Below, piece by piece: positions 12,260 through 24,176 of a stretch of 64,000 bases of DNA (within the stretch, counting starts at the first letter, position 1; each line of letters opens with the position of its first letter). Both the position numbers and the translations under genes were made by a program. This DNA is from a virus. The stretch lies in IMG/VR virus record IMGVR_UViG_3300045988_164075. One strand, given 5' to 3'. The notes beneath the pieces were generated by a model. That model searched no databases, had not been told where the DNA came from, and saw only the letters and a list, made by a program, of their open reading frames with translations.

Positions 12260-14668
12260 TCAAGTTTTAGTAACTTCGTTTTTAACTTTAGGATTAATTC
12301 CAGTTAATTCTTCATCCGCCATTTCACACATCCCAAGAGCAGCTACAATATCAAATTTTCTTTTATTTTCGTATGAATAGTTTAGTAACTGTTCAAGCAT
12401 TTCATCAGAATCAATTCCATAACAGTAATCATTTACAAAGTTATTAATCAATTCTAATCCATGTTTAATAATAGTTTCTGTTGCAGGTACCCCTATCATG
12501 GCCGAATTTCCTTTTTTTATATCTCCTAAACTAGATTTTGGACGTCGCATAAATAGAGAATCTTTCTTTTTTTCTCTAAAGTAAGTTAATATACTGATTT
12601 TTGTATGTTCAAGTAACGCCTTACAATTGTACCATACTAAAATCTTCATTGCGTTTTCATAAGCTTCTCGTATGTCTCTTGGGCGATCTTTATAAATACA
12701 AACATATTTAGGTTCGTTTAAACCAAATACTCTTCTTTTTACAACAATACAAAAATCTGATACATCGTATTGTGTTGCAGAATCCCCAGTACCCTGATCG
12801 ATAGAGTCTATTCCTGCAACATATAAATTATTATATATATTACCTTCGCTATCTCGTTTTGGTTCTTCGTAAACTAATATTTTACTATTAGGACTAGATA
12901 CTGCTTTAACTTTATTTCGAGAATTATCGTTATCTTCTCTATCTCATAATAACGCTATATGTTGAGGAGAAGTTCCCATTTTATGTACTCGAATCTGAGT
13001 AATTCTATCTGCAATTAATACGGAATCAAATATATTTTCACCTTGTCGTAATAATGCTTCTTTAGGAGTAAAACAATATTCTGAACAATACTCTAATAAC
13101 CGTTCTCCTGATTTTAATTTGCGTTGTTCTTCATAAAAAGCTTTAGCTCGTTTAGTATCGGTTACTCCTCGATTATCAACATATCCAGGACGCATCATAA
13201 ATTCATATGCTGGAATAAAGAACCCAGTATACTGTGCAGTACCATCATCTGAATAGAAGTTTTTATATGGAAGTACTCCTGCGCTTAATGGATCTTCAAA
13301 CATTTTAGCTAAACCAGCTAGAGCAGGCCCCATATCACCTCCCGTCCCTCATGCGATCTTAATCCCGACTCTAGCTCCTCCTAGTTCAACTAGAGCAGTA
13401 CCTTGCGTTCACGATGTTGAAAGTATTGGATTAGATCCAGCCTCTTCAAATAAGAGTCTATCTACACGTTCACCTCTAATTTTTCTTGGGTGATCTGCTG
13501 TTATTCCTTCTATATCAGCCATTCGCCCAAATTCTATGCCTTCACTATCAACAAGAGATGCACGTTTGTGTTTTATATTATCAATTTTCTGACGAAGTCG
13601 TTTCATACCTCCGTCAGTATTTTGATTTAATCAGTTTAATTGTACTCAGCATTTACCTAATACAGTATCAACATAACTCTCAGTATATGCTGTATAAATA
13701 GTAGTAAAACCTTTAGTAGTAATAAAAGGACGAACACCTAAACAAGCTCCAATTTCTGAAAAACCTCAATTTTTGTTATCTCTAAGGCTTTTTATCCCTA
13801 GACTCTTATAATTTCTTATAAGTTCAGCATATATTTTCATCCTTAACTAAATATTAGGATGTTTCGCTCTCGTGGAAAGTTTATCTCTGTGATTCCTTTC
13901 TATGCGTTACGATGGTCAGTGATTAATTGACTTATCTCGCTGTTAACATAGTGATTTTAATCACCTTAGTCTTCTGCGATATAGCGAAATTTATTACTTT
14001 TATATTACTATAAAAGAGGGCAGGTATTAGTTTACCCCACGAGATTTTAATGCAACACAATCTTTATAAAGATATTCGCACATTTCTAGATAGTGAAAAT
14101 ATTCATATTGTTTTGCAAAAAAAGTTGGAAATGCTTCGGTACGTCCAGCACCAGCTTTTTTCTCTCCATCAACAGTTTTCATTCGATAGAAATTCAAAAA
14201 GAAATAATGATCTCCAGTTATCCTATATTTTCCAACAGTATAACCATCTACACAACGTTTATACTGTTCTGTTCAATAATCACGATAAGGTTTACTATTT
14301 TTAGGATATTCTGTATAATGTCCTCTTTCCATAAACAATCTACCTGCCTCAGTAAATGGAGTTGGATCAAAATCTAAACCTTGAGTTTCATTTATAGGTC
14401 TATAACCAGTTAATTCATAAGATAATTCTGGATCAAAATATAATATTTCTTCATCAAGAGGAACATCTCACGCACCATTGCGTTTTCTATGTCCTTCCTT
14501 AGGAAACTCATAATATGGACTTTCCTCTTCGTCTTCTGTTTTTGATACAGTTACATCTTGAAATAATTTCTTTTTTAATTCTTCTTCATACCTGTCTGCA
14601 AATGTGGGTAAAGTTGCAGGAGGATTTTTTCTTGGTCTACCTCGTTTTCGTTTTACTTCTTGTTCCAT
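12260..14668 (-). CDS. terL: Terminase large subunit, split by a group I intron. Exon 1 is 14668..14034, exon 2 is 13766..12260, 713 aa.
   Basis: Four ORF-track pieces (14468..14668, 13409..13606, 12944..13333, 12260..12649) are in one frame when TGA is read as Trp and 13767..14033 is removed. The join recreates the Walker A region ..LKSRGV|GFSEIGA.. The C-terminus (..DIVAALGMCEMADEEL) is typical of a terminase nuclease domain. Confidence 0.85.
13767..14033 (-). mobile_element. ORF-less group I intron (267 nt) in terL.
   Basis: The 5' splice site is GGGGT|AAACTA, with the exon pairing to intron GCCC(T). The 3' core GATGAAAATATATGCTGAACTTATAAGAAATTATAAGA...GATAACAAAAATTG| is shared with the plus-strand introns at 54.5, 59.8 and 60.5 kb. 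Confidence 0.75.
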
Positions 14669-14679
14669 TATTTATATTT

Positions 14680-15276
14680 TTATCTTTGGAGTTGATCCAT
14701 ATCTCCAAAACCTGGCTCGTTATCTGCTCTTAATTTGGATTGTGCTTTTAAACCTTTCTTATATGTAAGTTCAAGCTCCTTTAAATAAGCATCCATTTTT
14801 CCAATTTGAGTTAAACTTTCCATAATTTTTTTAGGATCGTTAATATATTTACCTCCATTTAATTCATCTCTTTCGTTAAAATCGATTGAATCTAAAAATA
14901 CTCTCATCTTTTCTAAAGTTCTAAATGCAGTTTTAATCAAACTTAGAATTCTTGATGAATCTTTAAGTTCTATATATTTTCTACAAGCAGCTCTAAAAGT
15001 TTCATCATTAAACTCTTTTTCAGTAAGTCCGCTATCTTCCATAGCTGCTTGATGTTTCTCTTGTTCTAAGTATTCAAAATATGGAGATTTATAGTCTAAA
15101 GCTAAATAAATATATGCAAATTCTCTGTAAGCACGTAAACGTTTAATACCTTTAGGATCTTCTTTACATTTATTTCTGTCTTCGTTTCATAGAGCTGCAA
15201 ATTCTTTAATTAGCAAAATAGAATATTCATTAATCTCTAATCTCTGTAAATCATTATTAAATATAAATAAATCCAT
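14680..15276 (-). CDS. Putative small terminase subunit, assigned by position only.
   Basis: ORF 14680..15042 extends upstream through one TGA to ATG 15276. It lies immediately upstream of terL. Confidence 0.35.
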
Positions 15277-15294
15277 ATTATTCCTTATAAAACA

Positions 15295-15317
15295 AAGAGA
15301 TGTATACTACATCTCTT
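15295..15317 (-). terminator. Hairpin terminator.
   Basis: 10-bp stem AAGAGATGTA/TACATCTCTT with a 3-nt loop, followed on the minus strand by a T-rich run. Confidence 0.5.
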
Positions 15318-16059
15318 ATTTAACTCCATATTCTTCCCATCTTTGTTGATAAAAATCATATTCGGGCGATCCTTTTTTATACAAATGTGGCTTAACTGCA
15401 ATGTCAGTAGGATCTGCAATTCTCTTAAAAGATGTATCAGGAACTATAACTTGTCTTTCAACATATCCCTCATTTGGAGTTATAATTCGATCTTTAAAAT
15501 TTATAGGAGAATAAACAACTCTTTTATATGTTCTAGTAGGACCACTAACAAGTTTTGGAAGTTTTGTTTCTTTAGCTCGATTAAAGCCTCAATCAAATCC
15601 TAGTCAATCTAGAAAAGTTCCTATAAGTCCAGGTTGATAAGGAATATAACTAGTTTTATTTTTGTTTTCTTTAACTTCTGTTCCTTTTTCAGCTTTTACA
15701 ATTTTCTTAGTATCACATCCGCAGGCACATTTTTCAACAACTCCTCCATTCTCTAATACTTTGTGCATTTCACATCCACAGGAACATTTCTTAGTTTTTA
15801 GTTTGCCACCTTTTTTATGCAAAGAAACAATGTAATCTAATTTACTTGTAGGAAGAATTCCTCCATTAGCAAATTTAGAAGGGTCTTTATCTTGTTCTTC
15901 TAAGAACGTATTCATTAGAGTCTGAATAGTTTGTTTACCTTCGTCTGTTTCATATAATCGATTTAAATCTTCTGCAACTTCTTCTAAAGATTTGCCTTTA
16001 AATTCTTCAAATTTTGTTGGAAGTCATTCTAAAAATTTTTGTATTTTCTTTTCGTCCAT
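15316..16059 (-). CDS. Cys-rich hypothetical protein, 247 aa.
   Basis: ATG 16059 reads through ORF 15604..15915 to TAA 15316-15318, with three in-frame TGA. Contains CSCGCEMHK..CACGCD. Confidence 0.5.
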
Positions 16060-16064
16060 TTTAT

Positions 16065-16226
16065 TTAACAAATAGTCGTGTTATATTTATAATATGGTTC
16101 TATAGGAATATTTTTAATATAAGGAACATATGTATTAGAATTGTCAAGAAAGTCTTTAATTTTCTCAAATTCATCTACACTACATTCTATATATTTAATA
16201 TAAAGATTATTCAGATAAATCTTCAT
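16065..16226 (-). CDS. Small hypothetical protein, 53 aa.
   Basis: MKIYLNNLYIKYIECSVDEFEKIKDF.. The ATG overlaps the end of the upstream gene. Confidence 0.35.
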   Translation of the reverse strand: MKIYLNNLYIKYIECSVDEFEKIKDFLDNSNTYVPYIKNIPIEPYYKYNTTIC

Positions 16227-16452
16227 TTTCATAAAACTTTAAATCTTTAGTAGAAAAGATTGCTTCCTGTAAAGTAGCATTATTATCATATCATCTACAT
16301 CTAATTCCTTTAAATAAGGATTCAAGATTCGCTCCTTTCTTTATCGTTTGCATTACTCTTCCTACTACATACATAACTGGACGATTTGGAATAGGATGTC
16401 TTAGTATTACCAAATCTCCAGGATTAAAAAATATTTTATCTTCTAGCATCAT
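16207..16452 (-). CDS. Hypothetical protein, 81 aa.
   Basis: MMLEDKIFFNPGDLVILRHP..RCRWYDNN.., one in-frame TGA. TAATG overlap with the upstream gene. Confidence 0.4.
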
Positions 16453-16958
16453 TAATTTTTATTTACAATTCTACATATAATATTTTGTTCCGTAATAGCA
16501 TAATATCCTCGATTATCAAAAGGTATTGGTGCAGGAATATTTCTACAATATACATCCTCTCCAACTTTTACATTTTTACATTCAGGTCCAATAGCAATTA
16601 CTTCTGCACAAATAATTTCCTGATGAGATTCTTCCATTTCTCCAGATTCGTGACTAAAATACATTTCATGTCCATCTAAACCATAGATAATCCCTGAAGC
16701 ACTAGTCTTAATACTACGATAGGGATTTCTATCATAAAGTTTAATGATTACATTACTATTACAAGCTACAATTTCTTTGTTAGCTGCAGATTTAACTCCT
16801 TCATTTTGTTTACATAAATTATCTGCCATTTCAAGTTGAGCTTGTTCTTGCAATTTTTTCATCACTTCTTTATCTGTTGTAGTTAAATCTTCTGATTGAT
16901 CGAGTCCTGGCATATAATGTATGCCTGTTAATTCCATTTTTCTATTTCCTAAATCCAT
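16452..16958 (-). CDS. GroES/Cpn10-like co-chaperonin (tentative).
   Basis: 168-aa ORF. The pattern ..VIIKLYD..SASGIIYG....EIICAEVIAIGPECKNVKVGEDVY.. resembles a Cpn10 fold signature. Confidence 0.35.
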   Translation of the reverse strand: MDLGNRKMELTGIHYMPGLDQSEDLTTTDKEVMKKLQEQAQLEMADNLCKQNEGVKSAANKEIVACNSNVIIKLYDRNPYRSIKTSASGIIYGLDGHEMYFSHESGEMEESHQEIICAEVIAIGPECKNVKVGEDVYCRNIPAPIPFDNRGYYAITEQNIICRIVNKN

Positions 16959-16959
16959 T

Positions 16960-17169
16960 TTATCACTTATTTTTTAAACATTTTTCTTCTCTTACTCGGA
17001 CTTTAGCATCTAATATACATCCACATAAATCACAACTATCTTGACCTAAAAATTTTACATTATGCTGACAGTGCTTACAAATATCTAATCGATAATTTGC
17101 TAAATCTTGTTCTTTTAAAAAGATTTTATTGTATCAACCTATTAATATATGTTTTATATTAATCTGCAT
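16960..17169 (-). CDS. Zn-ribbon protein, paralogue of 17174..17440.
   Basis: MQINIKHILIGWYNK..CKHCQHN..CDLCGCILDAKVRVREEKC, with in-frame TGA. Confidence 0.45.
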
Positions 17170-17173
17170 ATTA

Positions 17174-17440
17174 TCATTTTCTTATAATACATTTTGCATT
17201 TGATAGACGGACTTTTTTACTTAAATTACAACCGCACCCTTTAACGTATCCTTCTTTTCCGTAATTTACCACATCTTTTCCATCTTTACTAATATATAAA
17301 GAACTATTACAAATAGGACCTACTGGAGTCTTTTTATATAATGGACACTTCATGCATATCTTTAAACGTTTATTACTTAAATTCTCATTAGCTCCAAATA
17401 ATTCTTTAATATGCCCATCTAATATATCTATAAATCCCAT
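17174..17440 (-). CDS. Zn-ribbon protein.
   Basis: 88-aa ORF with CMKCPLY...CGCNLSKKVRLSNAKC. It shares its Cys pattern with the downstream paralogue. Confidence 0.45.
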   Translation of the reverse strand: MGFIDILDGHIKELFGANENLSNKRLKICMKCPLYKKTPVGPICNSSLYISKDGKDVVNYGKEGYVKGCGCNLSKKVRLSNAKCIIRK

Positions 17441-17507
17441 AATATTTTATTTAAAAAAGATACTCCAATTATATTTATAACCTTTTAACTTGCAATTGTA
17501 ACGATTA

Positions 17508-18446
17508 CTAATATACGATTGGAGTATCTTTTGATAATTCTTCTTTTATAAGTAGTTGTTTTTTGTAGTGTTTAAGAAGTACTTCTACTTCTTTTTTCAT
17601 ATATTCTACTTCAATTTCTTCAACTTTATTTGAATGATCAATGTGAATTAACTTTAACATTTTAATATTTAAATCTGGATTAATTTGTTGAAGCAAATAA
17701 GCATACATTGATAATTGAAGTGTATAGTGCATTAAATTACAATCCTGAATTGTATTTAAAGGATATTTTAGACATTCGTATCGTTTTGTTGATTTATTAT
17801 AATAAGATTTGCGATCGATTTTTTTATTAGTTTTAAAATCTATAATTATTATATCGTTCCCATCTTTAATTAATAAATCAATTTGTCCTGCAACTCTCAA
17901 TACGCCATCTCTTGATTTTACACTAATAAGAAATTCTGGATATACTGCTTTTTCTGTATCAAGTCGATAATATCCTTTTTTAACACTAAATTTTCCACCT
18001 AATCCGTATCTTTTTAGTTCTTTTTCTGGATTTTGATACATTGAGTTTTCAAACTCAGCATGTATTTTAGTGCCACGTTCACAGGATTTATTTTTTTCAT
18101 CTTCGTAACTTTGTAAGATTTCTTCTCGTTTAGTATTAAATTGAGATTCATCAATACTAAGTTTATGTAAAATAGATGGATCAAATTTTTTAGTTGCAAG
18201 TAACACTTTCTTTAAAGCTGCAAACGTTACATCGTCTGTTAATGATTCTAATGCTTTATATGCTGATCAAAAAGCAGAATCAAATATATTAGTATAATTG
18301 TGAATTAGTGTCGTAACAGATATATAATAGGATCCATCTGTTTTATCTATATAAACATGTTGCTGATCATTATAAATTACATTGTCATTTTCTTTATCAA
18401 TAGATAAGTCATTATAAAACTTATCTTTTTCTAAAACCATTGTCAT
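17508..18446 (-). CDS. PD-(D/E)xK (RecB/Cas4-like) exonuclease.
   Basis: ORF 17508..18206 extends in frame through one in-frame TGA to ATG 18446. Motifs GQIDLLIKDGNDIIIIDFKT and YTLQLSMYAY. Confidence 0.6.
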
Positions 18447-18452
18447 AAATCA

Positions 18453-19151
18453 CTAGTATTTTAATACATCTCTAATAACGTGTCCTTGTCCCATTAAATC
18501 GTGTACTACATTTGGACTAGTTGGAACTTCGTCATCACAACTAAAACACCACAATGCAGCTAATGGAGATTTATCTGTATTACGTATAAGAATTACAATA
18601 TATCCCTTAATATTTTCATTCAAACATCTAGTATAGGAATTTTTATCAATTGTTTCTAAAGATTTTAGAGTTCTTATTACTTGGCCATGTTTTAATAATT
18701 CTGCATTTAAATCTGAGTACATAGATGATGGAACATTTTGCATTTCAGTTTTTTTAGCAGTTACTTTCATTTTTATTTCTCTTATTCTTTCATGAGAAAT
18801 AGACATTCTTAAATACGGCATCCCATTAGTCATTGTGATATTATCATGATAAATCATTAGAGATGTACGATTAAATCCATAGGTAATATTTAAATTATCT
18901 AAAATAGAATTAATAACTCTATCTACTTCGGGAGATTTTTCAATAACATGATTTAATATACTATCGTGTCTTTGGTTTATTTCATTTACTACTTCTGTTT
19001 TAGAATTTATAACCAAACATTCGGTATATTCTTTAGTAATTATATTTAATGCAAAGACAATTAACAGTATAAACAATGTTCTTCAAACATCCTTCCAGTT
19101 TTTAATTTTATCAACTATAAATGAGAATCAATCTAGAAAAGTATTTCACAT
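18453..19151 (-). CDS. Membrane-anchored hypothetical protein.
   Basis: ORF 18453..19076 extends upstream through three TGA to ATG 19151 (MWNTFLDWFSFIVDKIKNWKDVWRTLFILL..). Confidence 0.45.
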
Positions 19152-19252
19152 TTTATTACTTAGTTTTAAATTTTTTATTTTTACTTTGCAAATTTATTTA
19201 TTATTTTTGTGAAATACAAAATAAAAATATTTAAACTAATAACTTACTAAAT

Positions 19253-19558
19253 ATGTTTAATATGAATGATCTTAATTTAGATTTTAAAACTTTACAAAAA
19301 CAAATACAAAAGTTATCTAACTCAAGCACAATAGATTTACCTAATTTGTTTATCGATATGATTGAACATTTAAAGAAGGGTGGGAAAATCTATATAAAGA
19401 AGGCTAATCGTGGTAAGTTTACAGCTAGTGCTAAAAGAGCTGGACAAACTGTACAAGAACATGCTAGATCTGTACTTAATGATCCTAATGCAACTCCGCT
19501 ACAAAAGAAGAGAGCTAATTTTGCTAGAAATGCTGCTAAATGACATCATAATAAATAA
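19253..19558 (+). CDS. Hypothetical basic protein.
   Basis: ORF 19253..19543 continues through TGA to TAA 19556-19558. Confidence 0.45.
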
Positions 19559-19560
19559 TT

Positions 19561-20301
19561 ATGACTTCAGAAGATCAAAAAATCTTATTTGAGAAACTTG
19601 GAAAACAAATGAATTATACATTAGGTTTACCTAATTTTAAATTAATTAATGATGTTATTTATAAACTTTGTACTAAGTGTAAGAAATATAAACCAATGAC
19701 ATCTAAATTTTTTCCTAGACGCAATAATGTAAAGTGTGGATACGGATCTCATTGTAAAGAATGTGAAAAGGAAAAAGAATCTAAGCGTATAAGAATTCCA
19801 AGTTTTAATGAAAATGGAGAACTATATTGTCATGTTTGTAAAACTTATAAAGATGTTTCAGAATTTTATAAAGGAGAGAAATATATTTGCCGACAAGGAT
19901 ATTCTAGAGAATGCAAAGATTGTGAAAAAGAAAGGAAGAAAATTAAAAGAGCTACTCAGGAAATTAACGATCGAGATCGATTTTTATCACGATTGTTATC
20001 TGGATGTAAAACTAGAGCTTTAAAAAACAATATTCCTTTCGATTTAACAAAAGAGCAATTAATCGAATTGTTTGAAAAACAAAATGGAAAGTGCGCATTA
20101 TCTAATTTAGAGATGCAAACTGTTATTAAAGCAGGCAAAAATCCTTTTAATGTTTCTATCGATAGAATTAAACCAGGGAGAGCATATTCTTTATCTAACA
20201 TTCGTTTAGTATGTAATAGTATAAATACAATGCGTTCTAATCTATCAGATGAAGAATTCCTAAGTTTTTGTAAAGCAGTAGTTGACTATTTATCTATATA
20301 A
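19561..20301 (+). CDS. His-Me-finger/HNH-like endonuclease-like protein, free-standing.
   Basis: Multiple CxxC pairs. C-terminal ..GKCALSNLEM..SIDRIKPGRAYSLSNIRLVCNSINTMRS.. resembles a degenerate HNH core. Confidence 0.4.
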   Translation: MTSEDQKILFEKLGKQMNYTLGLPNFKLINDVIYKLCTKCKKYKPMTSKFFPRRNNVKCGYGSHCKECEKEKESKRIRIPSFNENGELYCHVCKTYKDVSEFYKGEKYICRQGYSRECKDCEKERKKIKRATQEINDRDRFLSRLLSGCKTRALKNNIPFDLTKEQLIELFEKQNGKCALSNLEMQTVIKAGKNPFNVSIDRIKPGRAYSLSNIRLVCNSINTMRSNLSDEEFLSFCKAVVDYLSI

Positions 20302-20308
20302 TAAAATA

Positions 20309-20548
20309 ATGAAAGATTTCTTTATTAGATTATTCACTGCACAAAGTGGTTTAAGTAGTAAACGAGTTTGTGGAGTTTTAGGATGAGTGGCATGTCTTAT
20401 TATATGTTTATGATGTACTTTTCACGGGATACAAGCTCCAGTTATTGTAGATACTCTATTTATATGTAGTACTACTCTATTAGGTGCAGATTCTGTAGTA
20501 AAAATATTTAATAGAAAGAAAAATGAAAACAATTATCAAAATTCGTAG
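20309..20548 (+). CDS. Holin-like membrane protein.
   Basis: MKDFFIRLF..GVLGWVACLIICLWCTFHG.., two in-frame TGA, hydrophobic helices, directly upstream of the endolysin. Confidence 0.45.
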
Positions 20549-20960
20549 ATGAACTTGAGAATTTCCTCAATCGTTACTAGGAGCAATACTTCTTCCGTTT
20601 TATAATAGAACTAGATTAAAAACGTTTACATATAAAGATCAGGAGGTTTATATTTATGATAAATTTCCTGGAGGAATTTCTTTAGGTTATTATGTATTAT
20701 TAGATTATAATAGATACGATTGGGACAACAATAATATACGAATTAGTTTAAAAAATTCTATTAAACATGAGGCTGGACATGGTATTCAATCTAAATGATT
20801 AGGTCCTTTATATTTACCTTTTGTAGGGCTATTAAGTGGATTACATAATTTAAATTGTAGGCGAAAGCGTAAAAAAGGTATTCCTTATGATTATTACAAA
20901 TTTTTTGTTGAAGCCTGAGCAGATAAATTAGGAGGAGTTAAAAGAAATGAAAGCAAATAA
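20523..20960 (+). CDS. HExxH-motif protein (putative metallopeptidase).
   Basis: MKTIIKIRRWTWEFP...SIKHEAGHGIQSKW.., five in-frame TGA. Confidence 0.4.
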
Positions 20961-21381
20961 ATATTTTGATATAAAAGAACTAGTTCCAAAAGAGGTATAT
21001 GAAGAATTAGGAGAGGAAAAATCATTAGCTTTACTTGACTCTAGAGCTTTAAAAGCATTAGAAGAAGTTAGAGAAATATTAGGAATTCCTTTAATATGTA
21101 ATAATTGAGCATCTGGAGGTAGTAGAAATTATTGTGGATACAGACAGCCAGATTGTAAAATCGGAGCTAAAAATTCGCAACATAAAAAAGGTAATGCTTT
21201 TGATTTAATTAGCAATAAGATGTCAGCATCTAATATGAGATACGAATTAGAAAAACATAAATTAGAATTAACTATTCCAATTCGTATTGAAAAATGAGAT
21301 CAAAATGGTAGAGAGACTACTTGATTACATATAGATACAAATAATTATAAAAATAATAATATTTACTTTTTTAAAGCTTAA
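20947..21381 (+). CDS. Endolysin, peptidase M15 (VanY / L-Ala-D-Glu peptidase-like).
   Basis: ..LICNNWASGGSRNYCGYR...SQHKKGNAFDL...TTWLHIDT.. matches the SxHxxGxAxD...H.D zinc-site pattern. Three in-frame TGA. Confidence 0.65.
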
Positions 21382-21387
21382 TGTATT

Positions 21388-21552
21388 ATGGAACTAATGG
21401 CAGATATTATTTTAGGTATTGTGGTAATTACATTGATTTTAGGAATGTTATCTATTATTCCTATGGCTATTCCTGTGGGATTAATATTAATAGACGCTTT
21501 ATTATATGGAATAGATGCTTTTACAACAAAAGAAAATGAAGAATTGACTTAG
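21388..21552 (+). CDS. Small membrane protein of the lysis cassette.
   Basis: MELMADIILGIVVITLILGMLSIIPMAIPVGLILIDALLYG.. Confidence 0.4.
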   Translation: MELMADIILGIVVITLILGMLSIIPMAIPVGLILIDALLYGIDAFTTKENEELT

Positions 21553-21682
21553 AGCATTAGGTTGAATATTTGTAATATTATTTACATTAATAACAACGTT
21601 TATAACACATAGTCCATGTTGTGTATTTATATTCATAGCTGGAGTTATATGTTTAGCAATAGATCATGTCAGACAAGGATAA
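21536..21682 (+). CDS. Small membrane protein of the lysis cassette.
   Basis: MKNWLRALGWIFVILFTLITTFITHSPCCVFIFIAGVICLAIDHVRQG, two in-frame TGA. Confidence 0.4.
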
Positions 21683-22527
21683 ATACTATATAGACGGATA
21701 TGGAACAAAACGTCCTAAAGACGTTCCGTTTTGAGATTCAGCAAAAGGACAATTAGTTAAGAAAGCTGGTAATGATTTACTAACAACTGGTTCTTTTGCG
21801 TTAGGATTATTACTTCCATTTGGGAAATTAAAGATATTAAAGACTCTTTCTAGAGTACTAAACGGTGCGGCAATTGCAGATTTTGTAACTAGTGATCGAG
21901 TAACTACAGTAGATGATGATATTAAAAAATGGAGAATATGGTAAAGCTGCTGTAACTGGACTTGAAGCATTATTAACTGCTGGAGCAATAGGCAGCGGAT
22001 TTAGTAAACTTCCAGGAGTTCAGAAAAGAGCGGCAATGTTTGCAAGAGATGGATTAGTAAAAGATAAGATGGTTGTACACAGAGCTATTGCTTTACCTAA
22101 AGGAAAGAATAAACCTGATTTACAATATAAACGTACAGGTGAGAACGTTTACGAAATTCCTGAAACTGAAAAGTATGTAGGAAGTTATGATACAGCAGTT
22201 AGCTCAGTTAATCCAAAAGATTTAAAAAGAACAGTAGTAGAACATTATAAATTACCAGCTAAGAAAGTTAGAGTTCTTGAACACGATGTTTATCCAGATG
22301 GACAAGTAGATTTAGTAGCATCTATATCAAATGATATATTACCTACAAGTTATTCATTTATTAATAGAGCACATCCATATAAATTATCTGAAGATGTTTT
22401 AAAGAATATACCTATGTACAATTGAGAATCTGTAGCTAATAGAACACGTAATTCATTCGGAATTAGTGGAGGATTAGGTGCAACAGGAACTTACATATAT
22501 TTAAGAAATGAAAAAGGCAGCCGTTAA
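21666..22527 (+). CDS. Hypothetical protein whose frame is disrupted at an A6 run.
   Basis: ATG 21666 (MSDKDKYYIDGYG..) is open to 21942. ORF 21913..22425 continues in the +1 frame and then through TGA to TAA 22525-22527. The frames switch at ATTAAAAAATGG near 21920-21931. Confidence 0.4.
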
Positions 22528-22549
22528 TTCGACTGCCTTTTGTTGTTTT
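22513..22549. terminator. Bidirectional rho-independent terminator between convergent genes.
   Basis: AAAGGCAG...CTGCCTTT stem flanked by an A-run on one side and a T-run on the other. Confidence 0.6.
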
Positions 22550-22724
22550 AAGACTTTACAAAATATTTATCTTTAATTCTTTTAAGGAACCAACCAATTC
22601 CAAATACATACGTTACTAACGCAACAATTGTTACATAAAATGGAAGCAATTTGATTGCTGCTAAGATTGCTACTATTACAACTATTATAATAGCAGCTAA
22701 AATTCATTTTTCTTTAGTTGTCAT
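22548..22724 (-). CDS. Small membrane protein.
   Basis: MTTKEKWILAAIIIVVIVAILAAIKLLPFYVTIVALVTYVFGIGWFLKR.., one in-frame TGA. Confidence 0.4.
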
Positions 22725-23941
22725 TTTAAATCATTGTGTGTTTGTGTTCTTTCTCTAATCTCTTTTTCAATATTTGCTGGACGTACATAACCTGAAATCA
22801 ATCCATTATTAACATCTAAAGGAGTTTGTCCAGAATGAAATAATTTATGATTTGTTTTAGTTTTAACTCAATCCATGTAAGTATCTTTTCCTTTAACTGT
22901 ATTAATTAGATAATCGGCTTGTCTTTTTAACATACTATCTGTTGGAATTGTAGTATCTAACATATCTTGATATCGTTCAGGAGATCAATGAATTAAGCCG
23001 TTATATTTCCCGCTAGAAGAGGGATTATTAACTTCTCCTCCACTTTCATGAATAATATTGCTAATTAAACTAAGAACTTGTTCTTCAGGTAATTGATTCG
23101 AAATAAAATAATTATATAATCAATTTATATTTTCAGGATTATATGATCTTTTGATTGTTTTCTGAGCATTGATTAATTTTTGCAATCGATCTTGTTCTAT
23201 TTTTAAATTTTGAATTTTTTCAAATAAACCTATAAACTCATTATTATATGTTTCAGGAATAGTATTTTTAAATTTTGTAGGATCATATGGAGGATATTTT
23301 GGAACTTTCATTCCAAATTTAGCACTAGCTATCATTTTATTTAAAATATTTTTGTATCTAGGATCAGTAGCATATCCGCCTTTAGCTACTTTATCTGCAA
23401 ATTCATTTACTGTACCTGAAAATGCTTTATATCTATTATTGTTTAATAGATTTACATGATAATTAGCATAATCTTCTAAAGAGTTAAAATCTCTAAAACT
23501 GTCATATATATATTGATCTTTCCCATTTATAACTTCTCTTGTGCGTCTTTTTGTTCCTTTTCCTTTAATTCCTCCTAAATTAAATTTGCCAGATTGTGAT
23601 TTACCTCAGTTTGATTCTAATCCAGATTGTTGTACTAACGCTTTAGCAAAAGAAGTATCAATACCTTTAGAAGCTAATATCTTTTCATATAAAGGAGTCA
23701 TAACTTTGATAAATTCCGATTTATTTTGAAAAACTTTTGGATACTTTGTTTCTTCTTGAGGTATTTCTATGATTACTTTTTCTTGAGGTTCTTTTAATAA
23801 AGTTGGAGTATAACCTTCTAATGAGGTAGTCTTTATTTTCTTTTTAGGTAAGATTATTGTTTCCTGTTCGGGAATTATATTGATTTTAGATTCTCTAATG
23901 ACAGGTTGATATATTAACTGTTGTTTTAATCAATTATTCAT
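22697..23941 (-). CDS. Virion-associated peptidoglycan hydrolase (glucosaminidase-like plus tail-lysozyme-like domains).
   Basis: From ATG 23941: ..ALVQQSGLESNWGKSQSGKFNLGGIKG..GGYATDPRY.. and ..IIHESGGE..GKYNGLIHWS... ORF 23120..23335 is an internal piece. The end is taken at TAG 22697-22699. Confidence 0.6.
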
Positions 23942-24138
23942 AAATTTTAGCTTTTTGCAAAAATAAAATAAATTATTGATTTTACAAAATGTTGAGCGGT
24001 ATTATATAGTGTATAGTGTATGCAATATAATATATGTGATGTATGCGATGGGACACATCATAAAAAGTCCCCCTGGCCTAATAAAATGGAAAATCAAATT
24101 AAAATTCACTAAGACCAAAAATTTTTCTCAGTTTGAAT

Positions 24139-24160
24139 TTGAACCTCGCACTCCTTAGGT
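24139..24160 (+). promoter_or_regulatory. Conserved 22-nt leader motif TTGAACCT-N7-CTTAGGT, copy 1.
   Basis: Ends 16 nt before ATG 24177. A second copy has identical spacing to ATG 24967. Confidence 0.4.
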
Positions 24161-24176
24161 AAAGTGCTATAGTATC

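Noticed and set aside
21381-21560. An alternative frame from ATG 21381 (MYYGTNGRYYFRY...).
   Set aside because: It has an implausible Tyr/Arg-rich composition. The overlapping frame from ATG 21388 encodes a clean TM protein.
22721-22723. TGA as the stop of the peptidoglycan hydrolase (ATGA overlap with the next gene).
   Set aside because: TGA is sense throughout this block, so the end was placed at the next TAG (22697). This remains ambiguous.
24139-24160. Reading TTGAAC...TTAGGT as a sigma70 -35/-10 promoter pair.
   Set aside because: The spacer between the hexamers is only 10 nt and the motif ends 16 nt from the ATG. It is kept as an unclassified conserved leader motif.
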